A DNA stretch of 61,430 nt, taken from positions 94,130 through 155,559 of IMG/VR virus record IMGVR_UViG_3300029288_000083. The stretch is one strand, 5' to 3'. The stretch comes from a virus (Duplodnaviria; Heunggongvirae; Uroviricota; Caudoviricetes). How positions within the stretch are numbered: the first letter of the stretch is position 1; every line of letters starts with the position of its first letter. A model generated the notes under the pieces. That model had not been told where the DNA came from, did no database searches, and was given only the letters and a program-made list of their open reading frames with translations. Positions 46,696 through 57,231 of the stretch are shown here, piece after piece. Position numbers and translations under genes: made by a program.

Positions 46696-48012
46696 TTATC
46701 CGTTTATTGTGTCAAGTATAATTTGTGAGTTCATATCTTCAAGTATTCTCATGTGTGAATAGTCAATTGAGAATTTCTTTCGTGAATTTTTGTAACCTTC
46801 ATTTCGATTCAACATTGTTTGCAACATATATTCTTGATTTGCATACATTAATTCATCTTGAATAATACCGCCCATCCAGTCAACCGTGTGACCTAAACCT
46901 GATGATTCAGCAATACTTGATAATGAAATTGAACCTGATGCGGCAAATCCTGAACGATTTAATTGGGTTACTGTAATAATTGCCCAGTTATTACGTGCAC
47001 CCATTGCACGCATGTCTTCAGCAATTTGTTTGATTTTCAAATATGTGTTTTCAGAGTTTGGATTTCTCCAGTTCATTAAAATGTTAATGTAGTCAATGAA
47101 AACCGTTTTGAATTTTATTCCTTTTATTTGTTCCATTTGTAAGAGCCAACGTTCGCAATCTTTAATAGATGCAGATGATGTTGGGAATTCTTTAATGAAC
47201 AATTTTCCAGGAATTTTTAAATCATCATATCCGATTGTTGATAATCGCTTTTTGATTAAATCTTGGTCCTCAGCAAGTTTTGCGTATTCAGACATTGTAA
47301 TACCTAAAAGATTTGCGCCTAAACGTTTTACAACATGTCGGTCACGCATTTCAAGTGATATTACAGCAGAATTATATCCAAGTTTTACAGATTGTGCAGC
47401 AAGGTTTGCAAGCCAAATAGATTTACCTACTTTGTTTTCACCTGCAATTACGTAAAGTGCTTTTGTTGACCATCCGCCGCCAAGTACCTGGTCAAGATAA
47501 TCATATCCTGTTGAAAATGTATCAAGTGTTGGCTGTTTATGCGATTCAGGATTGAAAAAGTCAAGACCTTCATCAAATTTGAAATTGATGTTATTTCCTG
47601 TTACGATAATATCTTTTGCAGTTTCAACAACTTGTTTTATATTGCCTGCATCAACTTTTGTTGTTTTTAAATATGTAACAAGATTTTCAACAGATTTGTC
47701 GAGATTTTTAAATTCGACCCATGCTTCGGAACTTTCATCTAGCCATTCAGGATCGTATTCTTCAAGATTAATATCATACAATGTATCAATGTAATCTCTA
47801 TTTATTGTTTCGCCCCAACCATGAATTTTGATAACTTCAATGATTTGTTCTTTTGTTGGGACTTTGTTGTATTTGTCGATAAAACCTTTAGCCGCAGTGA
47901 ATATCTTTGGATAATTCGGTGTCTCGAAAAAGTTTTCTTTTGTAAACTGTAAAAATTCCTTTTTTTGTAGAATATAATGATACAGTATTTTCTCTAAGTG
48001 ATTTGGTAGCAT
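46696..48012 (-). CDS. gp41: Replicative DNA helicase (gp41/DnaB family)
   Basis: GENKVGKS, SLEM, FIDYIN, TQLNRSG, ESSGL. Confidence 0.92.
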   Translation of the reverse strand: MLPNHLEKILYHYILQKKEFLQFTKENFFETPNYPKIFTAAKGFIDKYNKVPTKEQIIEVIKIHGWGETINRDYIDTLYDINLEEYDPEWLDESSEAWVEFKNLDKSVENLVTYLKTTKVDAGNIKQVVETAKDIIVTGNNINFKFDEGLDFFNPESHKQPTLDTFSTGYDYLDQVLGGGWSTKALYVIAGENKVGKSIWLANLAAQSVKLGYNSAVISLEMRDRHVVKRLGANLLGITMSEYAKLAEDQDLIKKRLSTIGYDDLKIPGKLFIKEFPTSSASIKDCERWLLQMEQIKGIKFKTVFIDYINILMNWRNPNSENTYLKIKQIAEDMRAMGARNNWAIITVTQLNRSGFAASGSISLSSIAESSGLGHTVDWMGGIIQDELMYANQEYMLQTMLNRNEGYKNSRKKFSIDYSHMRILEDMNSQIILDTING

Positions 48013-48054
48013 AATTGGTTATTTAATTTAATATACATCAAGTGCATATAGTTT

Positions 48055-48699
48055 TTATTCATTCAATCTGTGAAGATTGCCATACGAACCCATAAATTTA
48101 TTGTGATACCCGGTTGTTCCCAACGGACGAGATTCATACGGAATTTCTCTTCTTGAAATAACAACGTCTTGTGTTTTACTTTTTTCTAAACAGTCCGCAA
48201 TATATTTTGTATAATCTTTCTGTTGCTCTGGTGTACGTGTGTATGCATTATCAATATGTCCTCTTTTTTCGCCAGCAGGTGGTTCCCACATATTTTTATG
48301 ATAATTAAGTTTTTCGATTTTATCTTTTACTTCATGCAATGGAAATTTTGTACTAACTTTTATATGAAAAAAGTTTTCATCATATGAAGGTACATTTAAC
48401 ATGTTATCAGACATTTGTACAACGATTGCAATTTCAAATATGTCGCGTACACCTTGCGGTATAACTTCGGCTCTAGATATTTTGTAAATGTAATTATTGT
48501 CAATTCTACTTTTACCAACGCATTCACATTTTACAAGTTTCATGAATTGAGTTTTTGCATCGTCCATAGTTTTGATTTCCGCCTTTGCAACGTTAATATC
48601 TGTAATTGGCGGGTGATGTTTGCATTCGTATTTAACAACATACGGATCTTCCACTTTTTTTGTATCAAATAATTGTTCTATGTATTTTAAAAAACCCAT
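48055..48699 (-). CDS. Hypothetical protein
   Basis: 214-aa ORF. Confidence 0.6.
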   Translation of the reverse strand: MGFLKYIEQLFDTKKVEDPYVVKYECKHHPPITDINVAKAEIKTMDDAKTQFMKLVKCECVGKSRIDNNYIYKISRAEVIPQGVRDIFEIAIVVQMSDNMLNVPSYDENFFHIKVSTKFPLHEVKDKIEKLNYHKNMWEPPAGEKRGHIDNAYTRTPEQQKDYTKYIADCLEKSKTQDVVISRREIPYESRPLGTTGYHNKFMGSYGNLHRLNE

Positions 48700-48704
48700 G
48701 ATTT

Positions 48705-49016
48705 TTATGATTTATCGTATTGCCAATCGTGTTTTAGTAAACGATAACTTGAATATTTTGCTTTTGACGTTTCTTTAATGTAATTAAGTCGTTCCAATTC
48801 TTGCAAAAATTCAATATGTTTATCTTTTCCTACAGTGGTACAAATTTTATCTTTTGTCCATAATGCACCAAATTCATTTTCCAAAAAATCCGTTTCAACT
48901 AAAAGATTAACTAATTCATACAAATAATCTTCTATTGAAGGATATCCAGGCGTTTCCGTCTGGATATCCAAGAAGTATTTGATTTTAAGTTTTCTTCTAT
49001 CTAATCCAAGATTCAT
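48705..49016 (-). CDS. Hypothetical protein
   Basis: 103-aa ORF. Confidence 0.6.
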   Translation of the reverse strand: MNLGLDRRKLKIKYFLDIQTETPGYPSIEDYLYELVNLLVETDFLENEFGALWTKDKICTTVGKDKHIEFLQELERLNYIKETSKAKYSSYRLLKHDWQYDKS

Positions 49017-49017
49017 A

Positions 49018-49221
49018 TTATCCAGCGATATTTTCTGATTCTTTCAATGTTTGGAACTCTGCTTTCATATCAAACTTTGCTTGTTTAATTGCTTGTTTGT
49101 TTGCTGAACGCCATTCTTGAAAAACTTCAGTTGTAAATTCGGCAGGTACTGTTGTACAAAATTCGTACCCGTCAAATACCATGATTACTCCATTGTTTAG
49201 ATTTCTTCTTACTTGTGTCAT
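49018..49221 (-). CDS. Hypothetical protein
   Basis: 67-aa ORF. Confidence 0.55.
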   Translation of the reverse strand: MTQVRRNLNNGVIMVFDGYEFCTTVPAEFTTEVFQEWRSANKQAIKQAKFDMKAEFQTLKESENIAG

Positions 49222-49225
49222 TTTT

Positions 49226-50503
49226 TTAGTCTTTTAAAGTGTTTTCTAATGCATTTTCTGTTTCGCTGTTTTCATCAGTTGATAAGGCAAAATCCTCAGC
49301 GTAGCCTTCCATATCAAACATGTCACCAATTGATGGCAGTTGGAATGTTGGTTTAATTGTTGTTTCATCAAGTTCTTTAAGAACTTCTTGTGTAAGAACA
49401 CGTGGCGTAAATAATTCTCCGGCAGGAACAGTATCATTTAAATGTTTAACGACAAAATTTCGAGCGGTTTCTTTCAATACGCAGAACATTAATTTTCCAT
49501 TATGTTCCCATACTCTACCTTCTTTTCTTGCAGCTTCTTGTTCAGCAGGTGTCATTTTATTGAATGCCTTTTCATCACCGATGTTTCCTTTTGCAATACC
49601 GCATTGTTCCCATCCGATGAATTGTTCTAATCCAACATAAGGATTCATACCTTTGTAAAATGAAATGTGGAATCGAATTGTAATAGGACGTGCAAATCTG
49701 TTTTTGTGTGGAGCTGAACGAACAATGATTCCGGTTTTTGTTAAACCTACTTTATTTGCTTCAGCATTTGCAACTTTTAATCCTGATTTGTATAAGAATA
49801 AAATTACAGATGCATTATATAACGGTCCACCACCACCGCTCATTACGTCCATTGGAATGAATGATCCAACCGATGCATATGTGTGTGCAGTCATGATAAA
49901 TGGAATTTTTGCACCTGCAAGGTCCATTGTAATTACACGGAATAATGAACGCATTTCTTGTGCTTTTGTCATGTCCTTTTTCTCTGAACCTGATACGGCA
50001 TCAGCACGTTCTTTAGTTGTTGCAAGGTTACCAAGTGAGTCAAGAACAAGCATAATTTTAGGAACAGCTTTACCAGCTTTTTTAGCATCATCGATGTATT
50101 TCAATAAATTTGAAACAAACTTCTTGAATTCCAATGGTGTACTTACTGGTTGGTAACGAATTTTGTCAGGGTCACAACCGAATTTTTTAAATGTGCCAGC
50201 ATCGACTGCTGCTTCTGAATCGCAATATACGATATGATAACCCATTGCTTGTGCGCAACGTACGCCATTTAAAGCAAGGAATGTTTTTCCCGTACCGGTT
50301 TCTCCGGCAAGAGCGATTGTTCTACAGTTTGGATATCCTCCAAAAAGTGAACCTGAAATTTGTGCATTCAGTAAATAATTACCAGTGTCGATGAATTCAT
50401 CGATGTTTGAGAATGCGTTTGATGAGCTGATAGAACCTCTGTCATCGACATTTTTCGATAACATATTGTCAAGTTCTACGAATGAAAATTCTTTAATTGC
50501 CAT
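49226..50503 (-). CDS. uvsX: RecA-like recombinase
   Basis: IDTG.YLLN, GETGTGKT, DSEAA, LDSLGNL, MSGGGG..YNAS, KNRF. Confidence 0.92.
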   Translation of the reverse strand: MAIKEFSFVELDNMLSKNVDDRGSISSSNAFSNIDEFIDTGNYLLNAQISGSLFGGYPNCRTIALAGETGTGKTFLALNGVRCAQAMGYHIVYCDSEAAVDAGTFKKFGCDPDKIRYQPVSTPLEFKKFVSNLLKYIDDAKKAGKAVPKIMLVLDSLGNLATTKERADAVSGSEKKDMTKAQEMRSLFRVITMDLAGAKIPFIMTAHTYASVGSFIPMDVMSGGGGPLYNASVILFLYKSGLKVANAEANKVGLTKTGIIVRSAPHKNRFARPITIRFHISFYKGMNPYVGLEQFIGWEQCGIAKGNIGDEKAFNKMTPAEQEAARKEGRVWEHNGKLMFCVLKETARNFVVKHLNDTVPAGELFTPRVLTQEVLKELDETTIKPTFQLPSIGDMFDMEGYAEDFALSTDENSETENALENTLKD

Positions 50504-50518
50504 GTGTTTAGATTTATT

Positions 50519-51694
50519 TTAGAATAGTTGTTTGCTTGTAACTAAGTTACTTGAAAGTTCAGGAAATCCTAATGCTGAGATAAATCTATTCAATGGGTCA
50601 ATAATTGTTTTAGCAAATTGCAATTCATAATCAACGGACGGTGCAATTTCGTATGGAAGATTTCCTGGTAAATATGCAAAAACAATATCTTTTCCGCTAT
50701 CGTCTTTTGCATAATAAAATTTAACTTTATCGCCTGATTTAATAAGCGAGTATTTCTTTTTGTACTTTGGATTTTGATTAATCAAATAATTATGGTAACC
50801 TGCACCGCGTACGTGAATAGGACAATGTGGTAAAATTTCAAATTTTGATGTATCATTTGCGATTCCCTTTTCATAATCACCAATACTTGAGCCGAAAGCA
50901 ATATTGCTAACGTCTTCGTTTTGGAATTGTGTTTTTAATGATTTAAGTTCATTTACAAATGCTTTAAGATTTAATTGTTTCTTTTCTTTGAAAAAATACT
51001 TTAACATTTCCTTTAATTTTGTTCTTGCAAATGGTGGTGTAGATGATTGTACAATTTCAACACCTTTTGCTTTAATTTTTGCTTGCGCTTCAAATGATAT
51101 ACCGTCTTGCCACACCAAGTCAAGAACATATTTTTTCTTTGCTAACAATATTGCAGAAGCAGAAATTGTTTCCAATTCAAAATCTTGTATATTTTTTGTT
51201 CCCCACTTTGTTGCGTATTGGTCAAATGCTTTTCCTAGGTAATCCTTGATTCTAAATTTATACATTTTAATAATCATTTCAACAGGATCTCCTTGATAGT
51301 CAGAACCATTTACAGCTTCTTGAAAAGAACAATAAACAGAATCGGTATCTCCATAAATTGCAACATCTTGTACAACTGTTGGAATAACTGTTATTCCAAG
51401 ATGGTCATGCAATGCTTTATCGCTTTTCCAATATTTATGAAAGTACAAATTTAATACCTTAGATGAAAACTTGATAATATTTTGTCCTTGCAATGTAATT
51501 GCTTCAGCAAGTTGTGGATTATATGCAACAAAATAAGGCGATGCACACGCACCGTATATAGAGTTGATAAAGATCTTTATCGCTTGTTCCTCATTACCAA
51601 AATCATTTTGTATTTTCGTTAATCTTTTTATTTCAGCTTCAATATCAGCAATTGTTGATTCTTGAGATACTTTTGCGTATTTATATTCGTACAT
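50519..51694 (-). CDS. gp43: Family-B DNA polymerase, C-terminal subunit only
   Basis: Motif B K...NSIYG, motif C YGDTDS, KKKY, KGVE; no exonuclease domain or motif A. Confidence 0.9.
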   Translation of the reverse strand: MYEYKYAKVSQESTIADIEAEIKRLTKIQNDFGNEEQAIKIFINSIYGACASPYFVAYNPQLAEAITLQGQNIIKFSSKVLNLYFHKYWKSDKALHDHLGITVIPTVVQDVAIYGDTDSVYCSFQEAVNGSDYQGDPVEMIIKMYKFRIKDYLGKAFDQYATKWGTKNIQDFELETISASAILLAKKKYVLDLVWQDGISFEAQAKIKAKGVEIVQSSTPPFARTKLKEMLKYFFKEKKQLNLKAFVNELKSLKTQFQNEDVSNIAFGSSIGDYEKGIANDTSKFEILPHCPIHVRGAGYHNYLINQNPKYKKKYSLIKSGDKVKFYYAKDDSGKDIVFAYLPGNLPYEIAPSVDYELQFAKTIIDPLNRFISALGFPELSSNLVTSKQLF

Positions 51695-51730
51695 GTTTAT
51701 AGCCTTTATTTTTTTGACTTTATTTAAACT

Positions 51731-51781
51731 AAAAATGTCCCATCTGTCTTTTGCTGTTTAGCAAAAATAACAAATGGGACA
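51731..51781 (-). terminator. Hairpin terminator after the clamp gene
   Basis: GTCCCAT...ATGGGAC interrupted stem followed by ATTTTT. Confidence 0.5.
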
Positions 51782-51826
51782 ATTAAAGTAATATGGTATG
51801 TATCAATAGCGGTAATAGAGAAATAA

Positions 51827-52570
51827 TTATTCAGCCTCGCCGATAATCATTTTTGTGTCAGATTCATTTGAAACGAAAATTAATTTCTCGTCTGCAATAT
51901 GAACGATTGCATCTTCTCTATCAAGAAACGCATAGTGATGTTTGAATACTGAAAGATTTGCATTCGGTTTGTTTGCAACGTCAGTGTCAACAACTTGAAG
52001 TTTGAAGTTTTTACCTTCAGCAAGTACTTCATCACCTTTTTTATTGAAAGTGATTTTTGAGTGGTCAGAATCAATACCGAATAATGAAGAGATTTTTGCT
52101 TGTTGTTCTTTTGGAAGTAAGAAGTCAACTTTACTTGATGATGTATCTGTGATTTTGTTTAATACGTCATCAGTAATGTATGTAAATAATTTCAATGAAG
52201 CGCATTGAAATTCAATTGCTAATGAACTGTTTTTAAGAACGATGCCAGTTCCTGTATTATCTCCATTTACGTTTTCGTAATCCAAGATAAATTCAAATTC
52301 CGATTCGCCAAAGAATTTGAAAGAAGATGATAACTTGTCGATATTTAAAATACCAACTTTAACTGGTGCGCTAATGTCGCTGTACTCAGAAAATACTTCG
52401 TCAAGAGGAATTGCAGAATATTTTACAACCGATTTTTCTGGCGTGTAACTTTTTGCTTTAACGAAGCCATTGTCAATTTCTAATAAAAGTGAGTTATCAA
52501 TACCTTGAAATCTTTTTAAGAAATTGATGAATTTTTGAAATTTTTCTACTTTGAGATTTAGTTTTTGCAT
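51827..52570 (-). CDS. Probable sliding clamp, gp45-like
   Basis: 247 aa, alternating alpha/beta pattern, FLK.F..ID.SLL; adjacent to the polymerase gene. Confidence 0.55.
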   Translation of the reverse strand: MQKLNLKVEKFQKFINFLKRFQGIDNSLLLEIDNGFVKAKSYTPEKSVVKYSAIPLDEVFSEYSDISAPVKVGILNIDKLSSSFKFFGESEFEFILDYENVNGDNTGTGIVLKNSSLAIEFQCASLKLFTYITDDVLNKITDTSSSKVDFLLPKEQQAKISSLFGIDSDHSKITFNKKGDEVLAEGKNFKLQVVDTDVANKPNANLSVFKHHYAFLDREDAIVHIADEKLIFVSNESDTKMIIGEAE

Positions 52571-52638
52571 AATTTATTTATCTTTAATTTATTAATAATA
52601 TACATATAAATGTAATAGTTTCAATTTGTTACCTGGAC

Positions 52639-53268
52639 TTATAATATGATATCGTCAACTAAACCGTATTGTTTGCATTTTTTTGCATTAAGATACAAGT
52701 CGTGTTTTAAAATATCGTTTAACTGTTCCGTTGTGAATTTTGTATTCTTTTTGTAAAAACGTTTGATGTCAGCCATAAACGCATCAACATTTTGTTGGCT
52801 GTCTTTCAGTTGTTCGTAATTACCCCATGCTCCACCTGATAACTGATGTACTAGCATGTACGAATTTTCGCGAATTACTCTGTGTGAACCTATTGAAGAT
52901 ATAAAAGTTGCAGCTGATGCAGCAACACCTTCAACGACAGTAATAACAGGTACAGCACATTTGATTCGATTAATAGTATCGACCATTGACATTGCTGAAG
53001 TAATAATTCCACCTGGCGAATTAATGTGAAGCCATATCGGCGATGGCGCAGATCTTTCAAACATACCGTTTACAGTATATTTTGTGTGTTCGTACGCAAG
53101 ATCTGTAATAACTTGATTGAATTCTAATGCAGATTCATCATCAATTGCATCATAAAACCAAATATGATCGCGTGATATACGCATATTTGAGCTTCCGGGT
53201 TTAAACCCACCGCTTTTTGCTTCGTCTGTTCTTGTTCGCTGTGCAGCTACTTGCATGATTTCATTCAT
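52639..53268 (-). CDS. clpP: ClpP-family protease
   Basis: LHINSPGG, AASAA (catalytic Ser), MLVHQLS. Confidence 0.88.
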   Translation of the reverse strand: MNEIMQVAAQRTRTDEAKSGGFKPGSSNMRISRDHIWFYDAIDDESALEFNQVITDLAYEHTKYTVNGMFERSAPSPIWLHINSPGGIITSAMSMVDTINRIKCAVPVITVVEGVAASAATFISSIGSHRVIRENSYMLVHQLSGGAWGNYEQLKDSQQNVDAFMADIKRFYKKNTKFTTEQLNDILKHDLYLNAKKCKQYGLVDDIIL

Positions 53269-53294
53269 ACTTGATTTGATTTATGTGATTTATA

Positions 53295-53693
53295 TTAGTT
53301 TACGGTTTGGTCTTCGATAGCTGCAGGCGCAACTTCTTCATAAATATATTCTTTGCAGAATTTATCAACTGCTGCTTCAATATCGCAATATAAATTATAG
53401 GAAACTATTTCATCGTCCACACAATCATAATTGCCATTTTTCTTTGCGTTGTAAATTGTTACTCTGGATGTGTAACCATGGAAAGGAGTGTATGCAGCGG
53501 CAAAAAACTTATTATCAAATACAAAAATCCATCCATGAACGTTTGTGCTTGTTTTGATATTTGTAATATACGTATACGGTTTTTCTTCGGTAAATTCAGG
53601 ATTTTCATTTCTGTGTCTTACCTTCTCGAGAGTGGCTCCATACACAGTGCCTCCGACAAGATCTGTTGATTTGATAATTCTTTCAGTTGTCAT
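53295..53693 (-). CDS. Hypothetical protein
   Basis: 132-aa ORF. Confidence 0.6.
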   Translation of the reverse strand: MTTERIIKSTDLVGGTVYGATLEKVRHRNENPEFTEEKPYTYITNIKTSTNVHGWIFVFDNKFFAAAYTPFHGYTSRVTIYNAKKNGNYDCVDDEIVSYNLYCDIEAAVDKFCKEYIYEEVAPAAIEDQTVN

Positions 53694-53818
53694 ATTATTT
53701 AAGTATAAAAGTTACTTGTAGATAATGTGCGTATCATCACAATAGATACACTTTAATATGACGGTCAATGGATTTTATAGCAATTTATTTTAAGTTCATT
53801 AAAATTGCTCTAATGAAC

Positions 53819-55231
53819 TTAAATATAATCGGCAGGATTGAATGGCGCATTATCATCATCTTCATCGTCGGATTCGCCTTTGAAAACTTCAATGCCATCA
53901 ATCATTTCAACTTCATCAAATAAATCTTTTGCTGCTTTATTTTTTACGCCACGTGTTAATGCAACGTCCTTCATTTTTGCAAATATTTTTTGAAGTTTTT
54001 CTGTTTCTTTTTGTGTTTCTTTTAATTCCTTTTCGATTTCTTTTATTTTTGCAACAGTTCTTTGTAATTCATCAGCACTTAAGTGTCGAAGTAATGTACT
54101 GTTTAACCTATTAGAAATACGTTTGTCGAATTGCTCCAGAAATGTATCAATTTCTGCTTCAGTTCTTTTCTTAACCAACATGAATTCAAGATACAATTTT
54201 TTTGCTTTATTGAAAGCAAGTTCCATGTCAGTTTGTTCAAGATTATACTTTGAACGTTCAAGATTTAATTGTGCTTGACGATATTTAAAATCGTCAAGAT
54301 AATCTTCAATCTTGTCATATTGAATTACAATATTATCTTTAACAAATACAGCAGTTTCAGTAACAAGAATTTTTGTTGCTTTTATAATTGCTGATTTGAA
54401 TGTTGGCCAATCTTGAGCATAACCAGTGTAAACGAGTTTTAAGTTTACATTTGTTTTTGAGTTATTATCAACTTTACATTTGCCGTTATGTAATTCAATG
54501 ATCTTATCAATTTTTTCAGAAAAACTTGAAAATTTTATCAATGGCGGAATGTCTTTAATAAGAATTTCCTTTTTAACGTCGTTTGCAATTACATCACCTG
54601 AAATGATATACGTTTTATCCATTCCTTGGAATCGTTCAACATTACCGGTGAAATTTGCAAAATATGGCATAACCTCTTTTATTTTGCCATCGTAATAATT
54701 TTGAATATCTTCAAGTTTTCTTGGAAGAATAGTTGTTTTATATCCAACCGCAATTCCTATGATATTGGTTACAAGACCGATAGGATATTGTAACCATAAT
54801 GAATTCCAGCCACCTTCTTCATCTCGTGAATTTAATACAGCATTTTCCTTAATTATTTTTGCAAATTTAGGATTTAATTTTACTGATGTATAACGAGCAG
54901 CTGCAGCATCAGTTTTAATTGGCGAACCAAAAAATCCGTCACCTATTAATATTGATTCTGAACAACCGAAAGGTCGAGCAAGTTTATTTATTGCACCTGA
55001 TAATGATGCATCTCCATGATGGTAACCATCGCTGATACAAGATCCCGCAACAGTTAAAGTTTTTCCAAATGTTGTTCCGCTGTTTAATAAAATTAAACGT
55101 TGTACATTTGTAAGACCGTCATACCAAGAAGGTATTCCGCGTTTCTCTAAAACGTATAATGCGTAATTTCTATAGTTAATGTCGATTTGACTCGATATCG
55201 GTAAACGGATTATTTTTGTTCTTCTAGCCAT
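53819..55231 (-). CDS. gp52: Type IIA topoisomerase, GyrA/ParC-like subunit
   Basis: DGLTNVQR, YHHGDAS, GDGFFGS, AAARYT (catalytic Tyr). Confidence 0.92.
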   Translation of the reverse strand: MARRTKIIRLPISSQIDINYRNYALYVLEKRGIPSWYDGLTNVQRLILLNSGTTFGKTLTVAGSCISDGYHHGDASLSGAINKLARPFGCSESILIGDGFFGSPIKTDAAAARYTSVKLNPKFAKIIKENAVLNSRDEEGGWNSLWLQYPIGLVTNIIGIAVGYKTTILPRKLEDIQNYYDGKIKEVMPYFANFTGNVERFQGMDKTYIISGDVIANDVKKEILIKDIPPLIKFSSFSEKIDKIIELHNGKCKVDNNSKTNVNLKLVYTGYAQDWPTFKSAIIKATKILVTETAVFVKDNIVIQYDKIEDYLDDFKYRQAQLNLERSKYNLEQTDMELAFNKAKKLYLEFMLVKKRTEAEIDTFLEQFDKRISNRLNSTLLRHLSADELQRTVAKIKEIEKELKETQKETEKLQKIFAKMKDVALTRGVKNKAAKDLFDEVEMIDGIEVFKGESDDEDDDNAPFNPADYI

Positions 55232-55245
55232 ATTTTTATATTAAT

Positions 55246-55254
55246 TTATATACA
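55246..55254 (-). promoter_or_regulatory. Putative TATATAA-class promoter
   Basis: TGTATATAA about 15 nt upstream of the gp52 ATG, in tandem with an early promoter. Confidence 0.4.
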
Positions 55255-55277
55255 CGAGATTAAATAAGTTTTATTTT

Positions 55278-55313
55278 AAAATCAAATATACAACATTTTT
55301 GCATCAATAGCAA
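55278..55313 (-). promoter_or_regulatory. Early promoter, Bacteroidota sigma-A type
   Basis: Same 36-bp motif. Confidence 0.8.
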
Positions 55314-55331
55314 TAGTAATGTTGTATTTTT

Positions 55332-57173
55332 TTAAAATGTTCCTTCTAACCAACGTTTTCTGTATAATGATTTTGAATCGAATGCAACCCATAAGTATTT
55401 CGCAGCAGATCTGTCAGCATATACTCTCCATGCATCGCGATATTTCATGATGATTTCCCAATCCTCTAATGCCAATGAACCAAGTCCTTTTAAATATCGA
55501 ACATTATTGTACTTTTCAATTTTTGATTCAGCGTATTCCCCAAATTCTTTTGTTGAATAAAAGTATTTACGTTCTTTATTAACATCAACACTAACTAGTG
55601 GAGTTGACATTAAAAATAATCGGTTTTGGTCAATTACATTAGGAAACCATTTAAAGAACAAATTCATAACAAGTGATGCAATATGGCCAACGCCGTCAGG
55701 GTCCCAGTCAGTTGCAATATAAATTTTGTCATATGAACAATTTTTATCCTCACCTGGTTTTATATCAAGAATATGCATTAGTTCAACGATTTCAAAATTA
55801 CTTGTCAAATCGCGTGCAGACCTTGCATTTTTAATTTTTCCTTTAAGTGCGTAAACGCCATCAGTTTTTGCATTACGTTCTTGTAATAAAGAACCCATAG
55901 CAGAACCTCCTTCAACAATAAATAAAGTACCTTTTCTTTCAGAAGGCGGGAAGTACTTATCAGAAACAACACGTTTCTTAACATTACGTAATTGTTTCTT
56001 TAATTCTCTACTGTCATCGGTTTTTTTGCGTTCATCAACAAGTTGTTGAATTTCTTTATAAAGTGATGTTTTCTTGAATTCCTTTGCAAAATTGCTTAAA
56101 AAATGTTTTTCAAGTATGGGTTGAATTTCCCAACGACCAGATGCAAGTTTTGTTTTATTTTGGTCACCGAAACGAACAAACTTTGGCGGAATATTGATAA
56201 TCATTGCTGAACACCAAAATAACCAAGATCCTTTATAATCAAATAACTCACCCATGAATTCTTGAAGAATTGTTTGGTGCGGGCCTGTACATAATGCAGT
56301 ATTTACGAATGACGTTTGTTTGAAATAATCATCGGATGCCGCTTTCCAAATATGTAATGTTCCAATTTTTGAATTAAGTACAAATGATTCTTTAGGTAAA
56401 AATGGTTTATTAAGATCCATTGTAACACCATCCCAAGTAACAACAAATTTTAAATTTTGTGTAATTGGTTCTTGCGATTTGATGAATTCTCTAAAAATCA
56501 TTTGCGCCTCAATGTATTCAAAATCCCATTTGCAATTTTTAAACATTGAAGTTAATGGTATAAAAGATATTGTGGTTCCGCATTTATCTTTTGGCGTTTT
56601 TTTGCGGATATCTTTTGTTACCGTTTTGAAGTCAACCCATTTCTGATAATAAACTTCAGAATCATTGATTGTTGTAACTTCAAATTCATTTGATAACATA
56701 TTTACAATTGACGCACCAACCCCATTTGTTCCAAGTATGGTTTCGTCAATTTCATTATTTTTGAAATTTGAACCTGCTCTTAACATTGTTAATGCAGTTT
56801 CAACATTTGTCATTTTTGTTGTGTTAATTTTTGATGTGTTAATTTTTGAAGCATTGATAAAACCGCCTCCAGTATCTGTAACTGTTACACGATTCGTTTT
56901 AGAATCAAAATCAACTGAAATCATTGGCATTTTGCCATCTTGACGTTTAGCTTCATCGAAAGCATTATCAACGATTTCATTTAAAAGTTTGTAAAAGCCT
57001 ATTGAAATAACTTTTTTCTTACTGATTATAATACCGTCAGTAATAACCCTAACATCTTCCTCATTTTCTTCAACAGATCCGATGTACATTGTTGGTTTTA
57101 ACCTAACGTGTTCAACATCGGATAATGCAACAATTTCTTTATTGGGTTGGGTTTTTAAATTTTCTTTTGCCAT
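55332..57173 (-). CDS. gp39: Type IIA topoisomerase, GyrB-like subunit (ATPase plus TOPRIM, gp39+60 fused)
   Basis: EHVRLKPTMYIG, EIVDNA.DE, GTNGVGAS, VEGGSA, LKGK, ATDWDPDG, YLKGLGS. Confidence 0.92.
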   Translation of the reverse strand: MAKENLKTQPNKEIVALSDVEHVRLKPTMYIGSVEENEEDVRVITDGIIISKKKVISIGFYKLLNEIVDNAFDEAKRQDGKMPMISVDFDSKTNRVTVTDTGGGFINASKINTSKINTTKMTNVETALTMLRAGSNFKNNEIDETILGTNGVGASIVNMLSNEFEVTTINDSEVYYQKWVDFKTVTKDIRKKTPKDKCGTTISFIPLTSMFKNCKWDFEYIEAQMIFREFIKSQEPITQNLKFVVTWDGVTMDLNKPFLPKESFVLNSKIGTLHIWKAASDDYFKQTSFVNTALCTGPHQTILQEFMGELFDYKGSWLFWCSAMIINIPPKFVRFGDQNKTKLASGRWEIQPILEKHFLSNFAKEFKKTSLYKEIQQLVDERKKTDDSRELKKQLRNVKKRVVSDKYFPPSERKGTLFIVEGGSAMGSLLQERNAKTDGVYALKGKIKNARSARDLTSNFEIVELMHILDIKPGEDKNCSYDKIYIATDWDPDGVGHIASLVMNLFFKWFPNVIDQNRLFLMSTPLVSVDVNKERKYFYSTKEFGEYAESKIEKYNNVRYLKGLGSLALEDWEIIMKYRDAWRVYADRSAAKYLWVAFDSKSLYRKRWLEGTF

Positions 57174-57195
57174 GTAATATTTTTTTTATCAATTT

Positions 57196-57231
57196 AAAAT
57201 CAAATATACAACATTATTGCTTCAATAGCAA
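57196..57231 (-). promoter_or_regulatory. Early promoter, Bacteroidota sigma-A type
   Basis: Same 36-bp motif. Confidence 0.8.

Noticed and set aside
51560-51830. Split-intein half on the PolB fragment
   Set aside because: No HN/C-S-T block before the polymerase sequence; the N-terminus reads as a fingers helix
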